Part shown: positions 21,306 to 31,396 of the stretch, piece after piece
How the letters are laid out: each line of letters opens with the position of its first letter
Position numbering within the stretch: the first letter of the stretch is position 1
Origin: Cyanobacteria bacterium P01_D01_bin.156
GTDB lineage: Bacteria > Cyanobacteriota > Cyanobacteriia > Phormidesmidales > Phormidesmidaceae
Direction of reading: 5' to 3'
Length of the DNA: 56,973 bases
Assembly: GCA_039024555.1 (NCBI GenBank)
Contig: JBCCQQ010000040.1
Span: 1 to 56,973 of the forward strand
The notes under the pieces: generated by a model
Told to the model about the DNA's origin: nothing
Database searches by the model: none
Seen by the model: the letters and a program-made list of their open reading frames with translations, nothing else
Made by a program: the position numbers and the translations under genes

Positions 21306-21334
21306 TAGACATTATCTATCGTAGTGAGTCGTTG

Positions 21335-21367
21335 ATAGGAGGAGACAATATCAGAGGTCTCTCCTAT
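21335..21367 (+). promoter_or_regulatory. Hairpin overlapping the transposase start codon
   Basis: ataggaggagac-aatatcagag-gtctctcctat pairs with one bulge and includes AGGAGG and the AT of ATG. Confidence 0.45.
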
Positions 21368-22130
21368 GTCAAGGAAACCAAGAATATTACAGGCCAATTT
21401 TTGTTATCACATTACGATGCGGTGTAATAACCGAGAATTTCGACTGACGCGCTATGAATGTCGCTCGGTGTTGTTGTATGCCATTCAAAAATGTCGAGAG
21501 ACCTATGGGTTTAAGCTCTATGCCCTATGCATTATGAGCAACCACGTGCATTATCTGTTGGAACCCCAGCAGCCGGAGGATTTACCCAAAGTTATGCACT
21601 GGCTCAATTGGTATACGGCTATGTGTTTTAACCGCATGTTGAATCGTACCGGACATTTTTGGGAGAAGCGGTATCACAGCAGCGGGTTTTCAAATACGGA
21701 TGCTCGACGGGTGCTGAATACCATTCGTTATATCCATGGCAATCCCAAGGCGGCCAGTATGCAGCAGGGCTTTTTCTATGATTTTAGTAACTACGGCACT
21801 TACGAACGATTGACCCAGGATGGCATTACCCAATGGCATCCTGCATTTATGGCGTTGGGGGCTACGTTAGAACTATGTGCTGAGGCATATCGGCGGTTTT
21901 GTCAGCGGTATAAGCCGAAGCCCAAGCCAGAAAAGCGTAACCACTGGGGAAGTAAATTGCTGGCACGGGTAAAGCTAAAGGGTAAACCGAAGAAAAAGAC
22001 GAGCCCTGGGCAAAAGTCATTGTGGCAGGAATGGGATGCCCCCATGGAAGAAATCCAGACGGTGGCTGAGAAATTTGTCACAGCAAATGCCCTGAATCCC
22101 GAAATAGCAAGGTGCCAGGTATTGAATTGA
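21366..22130 (+). CDS. HUH Y1 tyrosine transposase, RAYT-like (IS200 superfamily)
   Basis: YHITMRCNNR, CIMSNHVHYL (HUH), GHFWEKRY, TIRYIHGNP (catalytic Tyr); no tnpB beside it. Confidence 0.9.
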   Translation: MSRKPRILQANFCYHITMRCNNREFRLTRYECRSVLLYAIQKCRETYGFKLYALCIMSNHVHYLLEPQQPEDLPKVMHWLNWYTAMCFNRMLNRTGHFWEKRYHSSGFSNTDARRVLNTIRYIHGNPKAASMQQGFFYDFSNYGTYERLTQDGITQWHPAFMALGATLELCAEAYRRFCQRYKPKPKPEKRNHWGSKLLARVKLKGKPKKKTSPGQKSLWQEWDAPMEEIQTVAEKFVTANALNPEIARCQVLN

Positions 22131-22207
22131 TAAAACGGCGAGGATTGGTATGTAATGGCGGTGTTTAAGAAAGTTTAGATCGGGCTGAAGTGCTTATATG
22201 CTACAGT

Positions 22208-24541
22208 TCACAAGCCTGGATGCGAGAGAAGAGAACAGCCGCCACAAAGAGGAGACGCCAGAGGAGACGCCGCCACCGTCGGCAAATTCCCGACAGGAGA
22301 TTTTTCTAATAGGCTAAATTGAAATTCCGAATAGGTCACGTACTTAGCCTCACGGCGCCAGCCGATGCGATCGCAAAAATCATACCAAATTTCGTTACCT
22401 GGATATGATCCATCCAACAATGCACCACAGTCTGCATAAATATTTTTCTGAACGCTGAAGCCAAAATGTCCCTGACTATAGTTCACCCAGAGCCGATCAA
22501 TCACTCGTAAATCTGCACAAGGAAAGTTACGAATATCATCTAGGTCCAGATACCCTTTTTGATCCATATCACCAACTGCTTTTATTAAGCTATAGGTTTC
22601 CTGATCGGCTTCTCTCCACCGCTGGGTTTGCAAATAATAGGCCAGCTTAAAATATCGAGGCGTTACTCTATCGGCATAGGTAAAGTCTTCCTTCTCTAAT
22701 ATCCGTAACGGCTCCTGGAGTTTTTCCCGCAAAGCCGCCTGCACATCAGCCTCCACAGTTACTGCACTCTGCCAAAATTCAGTGGCCAAGAGTAACTTGT
22801 CAAAACTTGGATCGGCTAACGCTGTCTCAATCAACTGGGTGGCATTCCCTTGGGCTGCATACAGTTTCATCGTTTCTGACCACCAGGCTAGCTTTTCCTC
22901 ATCGTCAAATACCTCCAGCAGACAAGCTTCCTGGTGAGTATCTTTGATCTCTACGGCAGCTAGATATTCCTGAAAGCTTAGATGGGCAAATTCAAATTCA
23001 CCTTCTTGCTCTTTAGCAATCAGGGCATCCACCTCTTGCAACCGCTTCAGAAAGTCTTCCGGTGTAAATTGTACCTGGGGTAAATTAGCCAGCTTTTCTT
23101 TCAATACAGGGGCAATATCCGCCAAAGTAAACTTGCGGGTGTTACGTTGCATTAGCTCTAAACAAAGGGGTTGTAAAATAGCCTGTTTTTGACTGGCAGT
23201 CAGCACATCGGACATCCCCTTTGCCTGTGCACGTTTTTCCAAGAGCACCTGGCAAATGTCTCGGTATAGCTCCACCCGATTTCGAGGGATGCTGCCACGA
23301 CGACGATGTACCGTAGCAATCATGGTAAGCAACAGCGGATTTTCTGCCAGATCTTTTAGGACATTGTTATTATCAATTTCCTGAAGCAATAGCTTTGATT
23401 GACGGTCAGCAGCTTCTCTCACCCCCAAATCTTCATGCCCTTGGGCTTTAATTTCAGTCTCCCGATACCACTGATTTACAAAGTCTTGAATCTGACCCGA
23501 TGTTAAGGGAGCAACTTCTAGTACGGTCACCCCTTCTTTTAGCTGAGCGTGCTTATATCCCAACGGACGCGAGGTCAAAATAAACGCGGTTTCTGGATAT
23601 TCATACATTTGTCGATCAACCCAGCGGCTCACCTGTTTACGGTCTTGTTCATCGGCGACTTCATCTAAACCGTCAAGTAAAATCAGCAGACGTTTTTGTC
23701 TTAGCTTTTTGGCAAACCAGTCTTTGGGTGGCCTTAGCGGATCAGTTTGTTGTAAATTTTGAACCCAGTCAGTTAATAGATCTGGCAGCACTAGATCTGG
23801 ATTTTCAATAATTGGTTTGTACACGTCTCGCAAATAAAGCAAGACAGGAATGTAATCGGGTGCTTTTGGATAGATGCGACGCGGTTTTCGCAGGGCATAC
23901 ATCAGGGTCATGTACCGCATCAGTGTGGTTTTGCCCGACCCCGGTGCTCCTAAAATCGCCAGACGACGATAGGCCAGGTCTTTTTTCATCAACGCCAGGA
24001 AATGACCGATGGTATTCTCACGTGGCAGATCTTGTTCGCCTTTAGCTCTAATTTTGCGAATTAGTCGGGTAGAAACCTGGGCAATACTCTTGGCTGTAAC
24101 ATTGACCATCACCACGACCTGTTGCAGATTTAGGATGCGTTCCTGGTCAAGTCCCTGGGTTTCAAAGTTACGACACAGATAATTCAGCCGTTTGTAGTAT
24201 TTTCCTTCAAAGTCTGATGTAAGCTCCCACCAGTGTTGAGAAAGCCATTTGCGCAAGGCATCGAACACTGTACCGATTAGCGACAAAAGAAAATAGAAGA
24301 CCTTAAACAGTCCTTTTGCCGAGGCTTTGCCCAGCTTTTCCATTTCTTGCTCGGCCTCGGTCATAAAGGCACCGCTGTATTTGGCCCACAGCACTGAGCA
24401 ACCTGTTAAAAAGGCAGCAATGGCTGTCTGTGTCGTATCTTGCTTCCATAGAAAGCCAGCAGTGCTAACGAGCCCTGCCCCAAACGGCATCCAAGTAACA
24501 CAGGCTTGCAGCGGCTTTGGAACTGATTTAGGCTTTGCCAT
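22208..24541 (-). CDS. NACHT NTPase - GUN4-domain protein with N-terminal hydrophobic helices
   Basis: GAPGSGKTT, LILLDGLDEV, NPLLLTMIA, FAHLSFQEYLAA; GUN4 WREADQET, FPCADLRVIDRLW..S.GHFGFSVQK, PVGNLP. Confidence 0.93.
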   Translation of the reverse strand: MAKPKSVPKPLQACVTWMPFGAGLVSTAGFLWKQDTTQTAIAAFLTGCSVLWAKYSGAFMTEAEQEMEKLGKASAKGLFKVFYFLLSLIGTVFDALRKWLSQHWWELTSDFEGKYYKRLNYLCRNFETQGLDQERILNLQQVVVMVNVTAKSIAQVSTRLIRKIRAKGEQDLPRENTIGHFLALMKKDLAYRRLAILGAPGSGKTTLMRYMTLMYALRKPRRIYPKAPDYIPVLLYLRDVYKPIIENPDLVLPDLLTDWVQNLQQTDPLRPPKDWFAKKLRQKRLLILLDGLDEVADEQDRKQVSRWVDRQMYEYPETAFILTSRPLGYKHAQLKEGVTVLEVAPLTSGQIQDFVNQWYRETEIKAQGHEDLGVREAADRQSKLLLQEIDNNNVLKDLAENPLLLTMIATVHRRRGSIPRNRVELYRDICQVLLEKRAQAKGMSDVLTASQKQAILQPLCLELMQRNTRKFTLADIAPVLKEKLANLPQVQFTPEDFLKRLQEVDALIAKEQEGEFEFAHLSFQEYLAAVEIKDTHQEACLLEVFDDEEKLAWWSETMKLYAAQGNATQLIETALADPSFDKLLLATEFWQSAVTVEADVQAALREKLQEPLRILEKEDFTYADRVTPRYFKLAYYLQTQRWREADQETYSLIKAVGDMDQKGYLDLDDIRNFPCADLRVIDRLWVNYSQGHFGFSVQKNIYADCGALLDGSYPGNEIWYDFCDRIGWRREAKYVTYSEFQFSLLEKSPVGNLPTVAASPLASPLCGGCSLLSHPGL

Positions 24542-24576
24542 GGTGCGATCTGAGGATTTTCACGCCCCCATTCTAC

Positions 24577-25137
24577 TCATGAAGTCTCAATCCCGCGATA
24601 CAGGTCAACAACTGCAAATTCCAAGCCAATACTGGTCAAAACAACCGTATCGTCCTTTTTATAAATTACCGATTCCCAATTACCCGCAACCGTGCACCGC
24701 CAACATTCCACCTGCTGACTCTCTTGAGAAATCAAGACATACTCTTCCAAAGAATCAAGCAATTGATAATCCTTAAACTTATCGCCACAGTCAAATACTT
24801 CAGTGCTTGGCGAAAGCACCTCTGCAATCAGCTTTGGATAACGCTTAATATAGCGATCTTCCCGATCTCTCTGATCACAGGTAACAAAAGCGTCAGGGTA
24901 GTAGAAAAAGTCATCTAAATAATTAACCTTTACATTGCCCGCATGAAACCGGCAAGCGGACGAATTCCCCAAGTGATTATCAATAATTTTAAGCAAATTA
25001 AACGCGATACGCTCATGGTTATCCGTGCCCCCGGCCATGGCATACACCAACCCCTGCCGATATTCATGGCGTATCTGGCTTTGAGACTCCAGAACCAGAT
25101 ACGCTTTAGGACTGATGTAATGGGGAACGGCCATCAT
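24577..25137 (-). CDS. Uma2-family endonuclease-like protein
   Basis: YYPDAFVTCD, PKLIAEVLSPST, EYVLISQ. Confidence 0.93.
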   Translation of the reverse strand: MMAVPHYISPKAYLVLESQSQIRHEYRQGLVYAMAGGTDNHERIAFNLLKIIDNHLGNSSACRFHAGNVKVNYLDDFFYYPDAFVTCDQRDREDRYIKRYPKLIAEVLSPSTEVFDCGDKFKDYQLLDSLEEYVLISQESQQVECWRCTVAGNWESVIYKKDDTVVLTSIGLEFAVVDLYRGIETS

Positions 25138-25265
25138 GGACGGTTCTTAAAGGCAGAATCGATCAAATGGGCATTACTCATCCTATTTTACCAATCAAAA
25201 AAGCATCACCTTCGTAGGGGTGTTGAGTACAGAGGGCTGAGCACCTGGAAAAAGCTAAAGAAAGC

Positions 25266-25835
25266 CTACTCTAGTAGCCAATTCATCATGTCTTGCATAG
25301 TTAACCGCATGTCTGCTGCAAACGCGGGCACTGGCAAAGTCTCATCGGGGACTTCCATATCAAACACCTGCAACGAAAAACCCATCCTGTAGACAAACAT
25401 TGTTTGCTCATCTGGGTCAATCAACCAGCCTATCTGAGTACCGTGCTTTAGACAGTGCAACAATTTTTTAGTCACCTTAGTTTGATTCTGATCCGGTGAC
25501 AATATCTCAATGGCCCAGTCTGGAGGAATCAAAAACTGATTAGCAATGATGCCATCCGGCTCACGGGGAATATTGCCCCATTCAAATACCGCCACATCGG
25601 GAATGATCGAACGCCCACTAAAGGTACATCGCAATTCTGGAAATGCTCGCCCCGTGCGCCCAGGCTTTAAGGCCATTTCTACCGCCATGGTCAAATCCCG
25701 CTGCACCGTGCTGTGTTTTCCCTGGGGCATTGGCTTCTGGCTAATGTATCCGTCGATGTATTCGCTAGCAGGCTTAGTCTCTGGCAATGCCAGAAACGCC
25801 TCAAGAGTAATCGGTTTAGTCGGTGCTTGGACCAC
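25266..25835 (-). CDS. Uma2-family endonuclease-like protein
   Basis: LPETKPASEYIDG, PDWAIEILSPDQ, GWLIDP. Confidence 0.93.
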   Translation of the reverse strand: MVQAPTKPITLEAFLALPETKPASEYIDGYISQKPMPQGKHSTVQRDLTMAVEMALKPGRTGRAFPELRCTFSGRSIIPDVAVFEWGNIPREPDGIIANQFLIPPDWAIEILSPDQNQTKVTKKLLHCLKHGTQIGWLIDPDEQTMFVYRMGFSLQVFDMEVPDETLPVPAFAADMRLTMQDMMNWLLE

Positions 25836-25937
25836 AGCAAAGGCAAATAGCTCTAAGCTATTGTATCTGCTCTATCTTGAACCTAGTGAAATTGTTTAAC
25901 TGTTTAATCTAGTGGGCTGCAAGAGCCGTAGTGAACC

Positions 25938-26759
25938 TCAGTCTATGCGACATAGATAGTAAAGCCATAAATCCCGAGCCATAATCGCTGCATCCATATC
26001 CACAACTCTCTCTGTACTCTGCCATGGATAAATCTCTACTTGATTAAACCCCTTAGGAAGCTGTTTAATCTGTTCTGCTGCTCGGATGTAGTAAGTGTCT
26101 AGACGAAAATTGTGGGATTCATCGCGCACAATGAGATGCTCGGATTTTTCTATTGTTTGTCGATTCAGCGGTCGGTTCAACCACCAAAACAAACCCATAA
26201 CCACAAGATTTACATAGACTTGAATCGGGTTAAAGCTCAGCTGATGTTTCCAGCTAAGCGCTCTCTCTAATGCTTGAAGGTTATGACTAGAAAAGAAAAA
26301 GTATCCTCCTGGCTTTCCCACCCGTTTCACTTCTGCCAAAACCTTTTGCCGATCTATGTGATCAACATAGTCAATGCCGTTGTAGCTAAACAAGATAAAG
26401 TCAAACGAACTATCCTCAAACTGGCTTAGATCCCTGGCATCGCCTACTTCAAAGCTGACAGAATGAGCAACATTCTTGAATCGCTTCTGACATGCCGCAA
26501 TCATTTCCGGCGAGTAATCCACACCAACATACTGTTTTACCAGCGGTGCAAAGTGCTGAGTTGTACGACCACCCCCCACACCAATGTCCAACATGGTCAT
26601 GGAGGGTAGCTGGTCTTTCAGTCCCTCGATGATAGCGGCCTCTGCAGGCTGTAAAAATTCCAGCTGTGCATAATGCCGGACAATACCTGCCGAGGTGTAG
26701 GTGGTTATGTTTCTGTCAGGCTGGTGGGCCGTGCCCACCCTACGCATCCTCGTAGGCAT
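25938..26759 (-). CDS. Class I SAM-dependent methyltransferase
   Basis: [26 protein letters not shown]; start uncertain (26759 or 26747), overlaps the gcvP stop. Confidence 0.9.
   Translation of the reverse strand: MPTRMRRVGTAHQPDRNITTYTSAGIVRHYAQLEFLQPAEAAIIEGLKDQLPSMTMLDIGVGGGRTTQHFAPLVKQYVGVDYSPEMIAACQKRFKNVAHSVSFEVGDARDLSQFEDSSFDFILFSYNGIDYVDHIDRQKVLAEVKRVGKPGGYFFFSSHNLQALERALSWKHQLSFNPIQVYVNLVVMGLFWWLNRPLNRQTIEKSEHLIVRDESHNFRLDTYYIRAAEQIKQLPKGFNQVEIYPWQSTERVVDMDAAIMARDLWLYYLCRID
26723..26743 (-). repeat. GTAG-type REP element at the gcvP stop codon
   Basis: Minus strand GTAG-GGTGGGC-ACG-GCCCACC. Confidence 0.75.
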
Positions 26760-29649
26760 CCATGGGTAAACAGGAGCAAACTAGGTTGCGATCGCCATAG
26801 GCTTGATCAATTCGATTGACCGTGGGCCAGAACTTACGCTCTTGCGTCCACTTTGTGGGATGTACCGCTTGCTCGCGACTGTAGGGTCGGTCCCACTCGG
26901 CAGTAAGATCCCCTGTAGTATGGGGCGCATTCACCAACGGATTGTTGTCCTGGGGCAATTCACCCGCTTCTATCTGATGAATCTCATCGCGGATGGCAAT
27001 CATGGCATCACAGAAGCGATCTAGCTCCGCCAGTGATTCACTCTCGGTGGGCTCTACCATGATCGTACCGGCCACCGGCCAGGACATTGTGGGTGGATGG
27101 AAGCCATAGTCAATCATGCGCTTAGCGATGTCGTCCACACCAACGTGGGCAGATTTCTTAAAGCTGCGCAGATCCACAATGCACTCGTGGGCCACCAGAC
27201 CAGCATTGCCCTTGTAGAGGATGTCGTAATGTCCCTCTAGGCGCTTAGCAATGTAGTTGGCGCTGAGGATAGCGGTTTCTGTTGCATAGGTGAGTCCTTT
27301 GGCCCCCATCATCTGAATATACATCCAGGAAATGGGCAGAATGCTGGCGCTACCCCATGGTGCTGCAGATACAGCACCCACAGACTGATCTGTGCCTAAA
27401 CAAGGGGTGAGGCTATGGCCGGGTAGAAACGGCACCAAATGTTGTTGCACACCAATGGGACCCACCCCAGGACCGCCGCCACCGTGGGGGATGCAAAATG
27501 TCTTGTGTAGGTTGAGGTGGCACACATCCGCGCCAATATCCCCAGGACTGCACAGACCCACCTGGGCATTCATGTTGGCTCCATCCATGTAGACCTGGCC
27601 CCCATGCTGGTGGATCAGGTCGCACACGGTGCGAATAGTGGCTTCAAATACACCGTGGGTGGAAGGATAGGTAATCATCAAAGCCGCTAGGTTGTCGCTG
27701 TGTTTCTCAGCCTTAGCGGTTAAATCGGCCACGTCGATATTGCCGTCGTCGTCGCACTTCACACCCACTACTTTCATCCCCGCCATCACTGCACTAGCAG
27801 GGTTTGTACCATGGGCGGACTGGGGAATCAGACAGATGTTGCGGTGGGTATCGCCACGGGATTGGTGATACTGACGAATCACGAGCAGCCCTGCATATTC
27901 GCCTTGGGACCCAGCATTGGGTTGCAGGGAAATACCGGCAAACCCCGTAATCTCGGAAAGCCAGGTTTCCAGCTGCTCACACATCACCTGATAGCCCTTG
28001 GTTTGGGATAGGGGGGCAAAGGGATGAATCTGGCCAAATTCAGGCCAGGTAACCGGCATCATCTCCGCTGTCGCGTTCAGCTTCATGGTGCAGGACCCGA
28101 GGGGAATCATGGCGGAAGCCAGGGAGAGATCCTTCATCTGCAGCGCGTACATATAGCGCAGCATCTCGGTTTCGGAATGGTAGCTGTTAAAAACGGGATG
28201 GGTGAGATAGTCGCTGGTGCGAGCCACATCGGCTGGAATCACAGCTTCAAATTTGAGCCGATCCACAGCGGGCATGGGCAGGTCCCCGGCAAAAATCTTT
28301 AGCAGCTGTACGACTGCCTGGGGTGTCGTGGTTTCATCCAGGGAAATGCCAATAATGGTGGTGTCAATGCGACGTAGATTAATGCCTTGGCTGAGGGCGC
28401 GATCGCAAATCACCCCAGCTTTATCCCCGGAATCTACGGCCAGAGTGTCAAAGAAGGGCGCATCGGGCACGCCAAAGCCCAGCTTGCTCAAACCTTCCGC
28501 CAATACCACCGTTAGGCGATGCACCCGGCTGGCAATGGCCTTTAAACCTGTAGGACCGTGGTACACCGCGTACATACTGGCCATCACCGCCAGCAGTACC
28601 TGGGCCGTGCAAATGTTACTCGTGGCAGAGTCACGACGGATATGCTGCTCGCGGGTTTGCAACGTCAAACGCAGGGCGGGTCTACCCTTACTGTCTTTAG
28701 AAACACCCACTAAACGCCCCGGCAGCTTACGAGCGTAGGCAGTCTTGGTGGCAAAGTAGGCCGCATGGGGACCTCCGTAGCCTAGGGGCACACCAAAGCG
28801 CTGGGTATTCCCCACGGCAATGTCCGCACCCATTTCACCAGGGGCCTTGAGCAGCGTCAGACTGAGCAGGTCGGCGGCTACGGTGACTAGGGCACCGGCC
28901 TCGTGGGCAGCAGTGATGACGTCGGTGTAGTCATAAATGGCACCGGTACTAGCCGGGTACTGCAATAGCAAACCAAACAGCGGCTGGCTAAAGTCGGGCC
29001 GCTCACCTACAGCAACAGTGATACCCAACGGCAGGGCACGGGTACGAATCACCTCAATGGTTTGGGGATGACAGTCCGCCGATACCCAGAATGTTTTCGC
29101 CTTCTTGGCGTCCTTGTTTTTGCATACCCCCAGACTCATGGTCATGGCTTCGGCGGCGGCAGTGCCTTCATCCAGCAGCGATGCATTGGCAATTTCCAGC
29201 CCCGTGAGGTCGCTCACCATGGTCTGGTAGTTGAGCAGCGCCTCTAAACGGCCCTGGGAAATTTCTGGCTGATAGGGGGTGTATTGGGTATACCAGCCAG
29301 GATTTTCTAAAATATTGCGCTGAATAACCGGGGGAGTAATACAGCCGTGGTAGCCCAAGCCGATGTAGCTGGTGAGTACCTGATTCTGGTCTGCGATCGC
29401 ACGAATACTGCTAAGGGCCTCGTATTCATTCATCCCTTGCCCCAGACTCAAGGAATTTGCCAAACGAATCTCCGCCGGTACAGCTGTGTCGATCAATGCC
29501 GCCAGAGAATCGTATTCCAGCACATTCAGCATGTGGCTAACATCCGTAGCAGTCAGGCCGATATGCCGCTGGGGAAAGTCATTGGGGGTGGCCAGTTCCT
29601 GGACCCAGGTAGTAGGTGTGGACATCGGCTCAGACTGTTCGTAGGACAT
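26740..29649 (-). CDS. gcvP: Glycine dehydrogenase (decarboxylating), P protein
   Basis: [44 protein letters not shown]. Confidence 0.98.
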   Translation of the reverse strand: MSYEQSEPMSTPTTWVQELATPNDFPQRHIGLTATDVSHMLNVLEYDSLAALIDTAVPAEIRLANSLSLGQGMNEYEALSSIRAIADQNQVLTSYIGLGYHGCITPPVIQRNILENPGWYTQYTPYQPEISQGRLEALLNYQTMVSDLTGLEIANASLLDEGTAAAEAMTMSLGVCKNKDAKKAKTFWVSADCHPQTIEVIRTRALPLGITVAVGERPDFSQPLFGLLLQYPASTGAIYDYTDVITAAHEAGALVTVAADLLSLTLLKAPGEMGADIAVGNTQRFGVPLGYGGPHAAYFATKTAYARKLPGRLVGVSKDSKGRPALRLTLQTREQHIRRDSATSNICTAQVLLAVMASMYAVYHGPTGLKAIASRVHRLTVVLAEGLSKLGFGVPDAPFFDTLAVDSGDKAGVICDRALSQGINLRRIDTTIIGISLDETTTPQAVVQLLKIFAGDLPMPAVDRLKFEAVIPADVARTSDYLTHPVFNSYHSETEMLRYMYALQMKDLSLASAMIPLGSCTMKLNATAEMMPVTWPEFGQIHPFAPLSQTKGYQVMCEQLETWLSEITGFAGISLQPNAGSQGEYAGLLVIRQYHQSRGDTHRNICLIPQSAHGTNPASAVMAGMKVVGVKCDDDGNIDVADLTAKAEKHSDNLAALMITYPSTHGVFEATIRTVCDLIHQHGGQVYMDGANMNAQVGLCSPGDIGADVCHLNLHKTFCIPHGGGGPGVGPIGVQQHLVPFLPGHSLTPCLGTDQSVGAVSAAPWGSASILPISWMYIQMMGAKGLTYATETAILSANYIAKRLEGHYDILYKGNAGLVAHECIVDLRSFKKSAHVGVDDIAKRMIDYGFHPPTMSWPVAGTIMVEPTESESLAELDRFCDAMIAIRDEIHQIEAGELPQDNNPLVNAPHTTGDLTAEWDRPYSREQAVHPTKWTQERKFWPTVNRIDQAYGDRNLVCSCLPMDAYEDA

Positions 29650-29717
29650 CGAAACTCCGATTGTTGATTGAAATAGCAAGCAGAAGACGGATGGACTGAT
29701 ATGTCCATCAGCAACAC

Positions 29718-29748
29718 AAAAACCATCAGAAGCTGTCTGATGGTTTTA
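29718..29748. terminator. Hairpin between gcvH and gcvP
   Basis: aaaaccatcaga-agctg-tctgatggtttt; followed by a U tract on the minus strand. Confidence 0.5.
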
Positions 29749-29914
29749 GGTACTTATTCTCACCTATTTCCCTAAGGATTTCACTGGCCATTGTTAATTT
29801 AAGCCAGAAAATGAGGGCTAGAACTGAACTCAAAAGCCAGCCGGAGACAGAATTCCAAACTCCAAATTCTGAACATCAGACACTTGGGGAAATTGCCTTG
29901 CTTTGTAACGTCCC

Positions 29915-30307
29915 CTAGGCCCCCTCTACCTGCTCAGAATATTCTTCAGCCGTCATGGTGTCGTCGTCTAAGCCATCCAAATCATCCGCTTTAACCCGGA
30001 TCAACCAGCCATCTCCGTAGGGATCGTCTCCAATTTGTTCAGGGGCATCCAGGAGCTGATCGTTCCGTTCCAGAACTTCGCCATCCACCGGAGACTTCAG
30101 ATCCTCCACGGCTTTCACCGACTCAATGGTGCCAAACTTTTCGCCCGCTTCTACGTTATCGCCTAGCTCTGGCAGCTCTAGAAATACCACATCGCCCAAT
30201 TGGTCAATGGCAAACTCGGTAATACCAATGGTGATAATGTCACCGTCAATTTTTAGATACTCGTGGGTATCTGTATATTGCAAATTATCAGGATATTCAA
30301 AGGCCAT
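29915..30307 (-). CDS. gcvH: Glycine cleavage system H protein
   Basis: GITEFAIDQLGD, IESVKA (lipoyl Lys), DPYGDGWL. Confidence 0.97.
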   Translation of the reverse strand: MAFEYPDNLQYTDTHEYLKIDGDIITIGITEFAIDQLGDVVFLELPELGDNVEAGEKFGTIESVKAVEDLKSPVDGEVLERNDQLLDAPEQIGDDPYGDGWLIRVKADDLDGLDDDTMTAEEYSEQVEGA

Positions 30308-30610
30308 GGGGGTTCCTCAGTATGTCCATAACTTGAGAATAATACGCCGTTGCCGGTCCTCATCAGTAACGTCAACAATGGGCATCAACACCTTTGAATA
30401 CAGGCGTTAAGCACAATGCTCCCGGACGGAGCACAGACGCTGATGAAAGTTTGCCACGAAGATAGCCGAATAGATAGGGGTTAGCTGATTTTTATACGCT
30501 TTCTCCATTATTTTTTAGGATTTTTTGGGGTTAATTACCTCAAAAAATCATTGATGCCATACACTAGCCGCAGAACTTAGTGAGTGAACTGGTCAAATCC
30601 CTGGTAAACC

Positions 30611-31396
30611 ATGGCAAATTTCACGGACGATATTCCAGAGGCACGGCGTGAAACGCTCGTAGCACAGGCTGAACCATCGGCTCAATCCTCATCCTCCACT
30701 AAGCTCTGGTTGCTCGGGGTACCGGTGATTTTTGGGGTAGCGATCGCAGGGTTTTGGTGGTTCCGCTCCGGTACCTCTATCGCTGATTCATCAGAACCAC
30801 TCACCGCCGCCGTCGCTGCAGAAACTACAGATCTTGCACCAGACACAACAGCAGAGTCAGATACAGAGAGCCTGCTAGCAGACACCAACGAATCGGTTAG
30901 TTTACTTGGGCATCGTTCCTATGATGTGGCTGACCCAGACGCTCTGGTGGCCATTGTTGACTATCCCATGGTCCGGCTCAAGCCTGAGGTAGCCCAAAAA
31001 GTAGAAGCCATGTTGTCCCAGTCGGCAGCCGAAGGAGTTAGCTTAGGAGTCATTTCTGGATTTCGCTCCCTAGAAGATCAGCAGTATTTGTTTTTTGACC
31101 TGAAGGCAGAGCGCGGACAAAATACCCAAACTCGGGCAGAGGTCAGCGCCCCTCCTGGATATAGCGAACATCATACGGGCTATGCCGTGGATTTTGTTGA
31201 CATGTCCCAGCCCGCTACTGAACTTGATGCCACCTTTGAACAAACTCGGGCATTTCGTTGGTTAGAAGAGAATGCGGCCTACTACGGATTTGAAATGTCG
31301 TTTCCTAAAGAAAACAACCAAAATGTGGCCTACGAACCCTGGCACTGGCGCTATGTAGGTAATCAAGAGAGTTTAGAACTGTTTTACCAGGATTGA
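30611..31396 (+). CDS. D-alanyl-D-alanine carboxypeptidase, M15B/VanY family
   Basis: SGFRS, SAPPGYSEHHTGYAVD, YEPWHWRYVG; N-terminal TM. Confidence 0.93.
   Translation: MANFTDDIPEARRETLVAQAEPSAQSSSSTKLWLLGVPVIFGVAIAGFWWFRSGTSIADSSEPLTAAVAAETTDLAPDTTAESDTESLLADTNESVSLLGHRSYDVADPDALVAIVDYPMVRLKPEVAQKVEAMLSQSAAEGVSLGVISGFRSLEDQQYLFFDLKAERGQNTQTRAEVSAPPGYSEHHTGYAVDFVDMSQPATELDATFEQTRAFRWLEENAAYYGFEMSFPKENNQNVAYEPWHWRYVGNQESLELFYQD

Noticed and set aside
21366..22130. IS200/IS605 insertion sequence
   Set aside because: The protein is longer than TnpA with RAYT-like motifs, there is no tnpB, and no clear paired end hairpins were found.
22208..22330. Classical DGR variable region
   Set aside because: No reverse transcriptase or template repeat seen in the window, and the signature is duplication/indel rather than A-to-N substitution. 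A remote DGR cannot be excluded.
18737..25835. Three Uma2 genes as a dedicated system
   Set aside because: Uma2 paralogs are very abundant and scattered in cyanobacteria, and these three are mutually divergent.
30308..30610. Glycine riboswitch upstream of gcvH
   Set aside because: No recognisable aptamer consensus on the minus strand.
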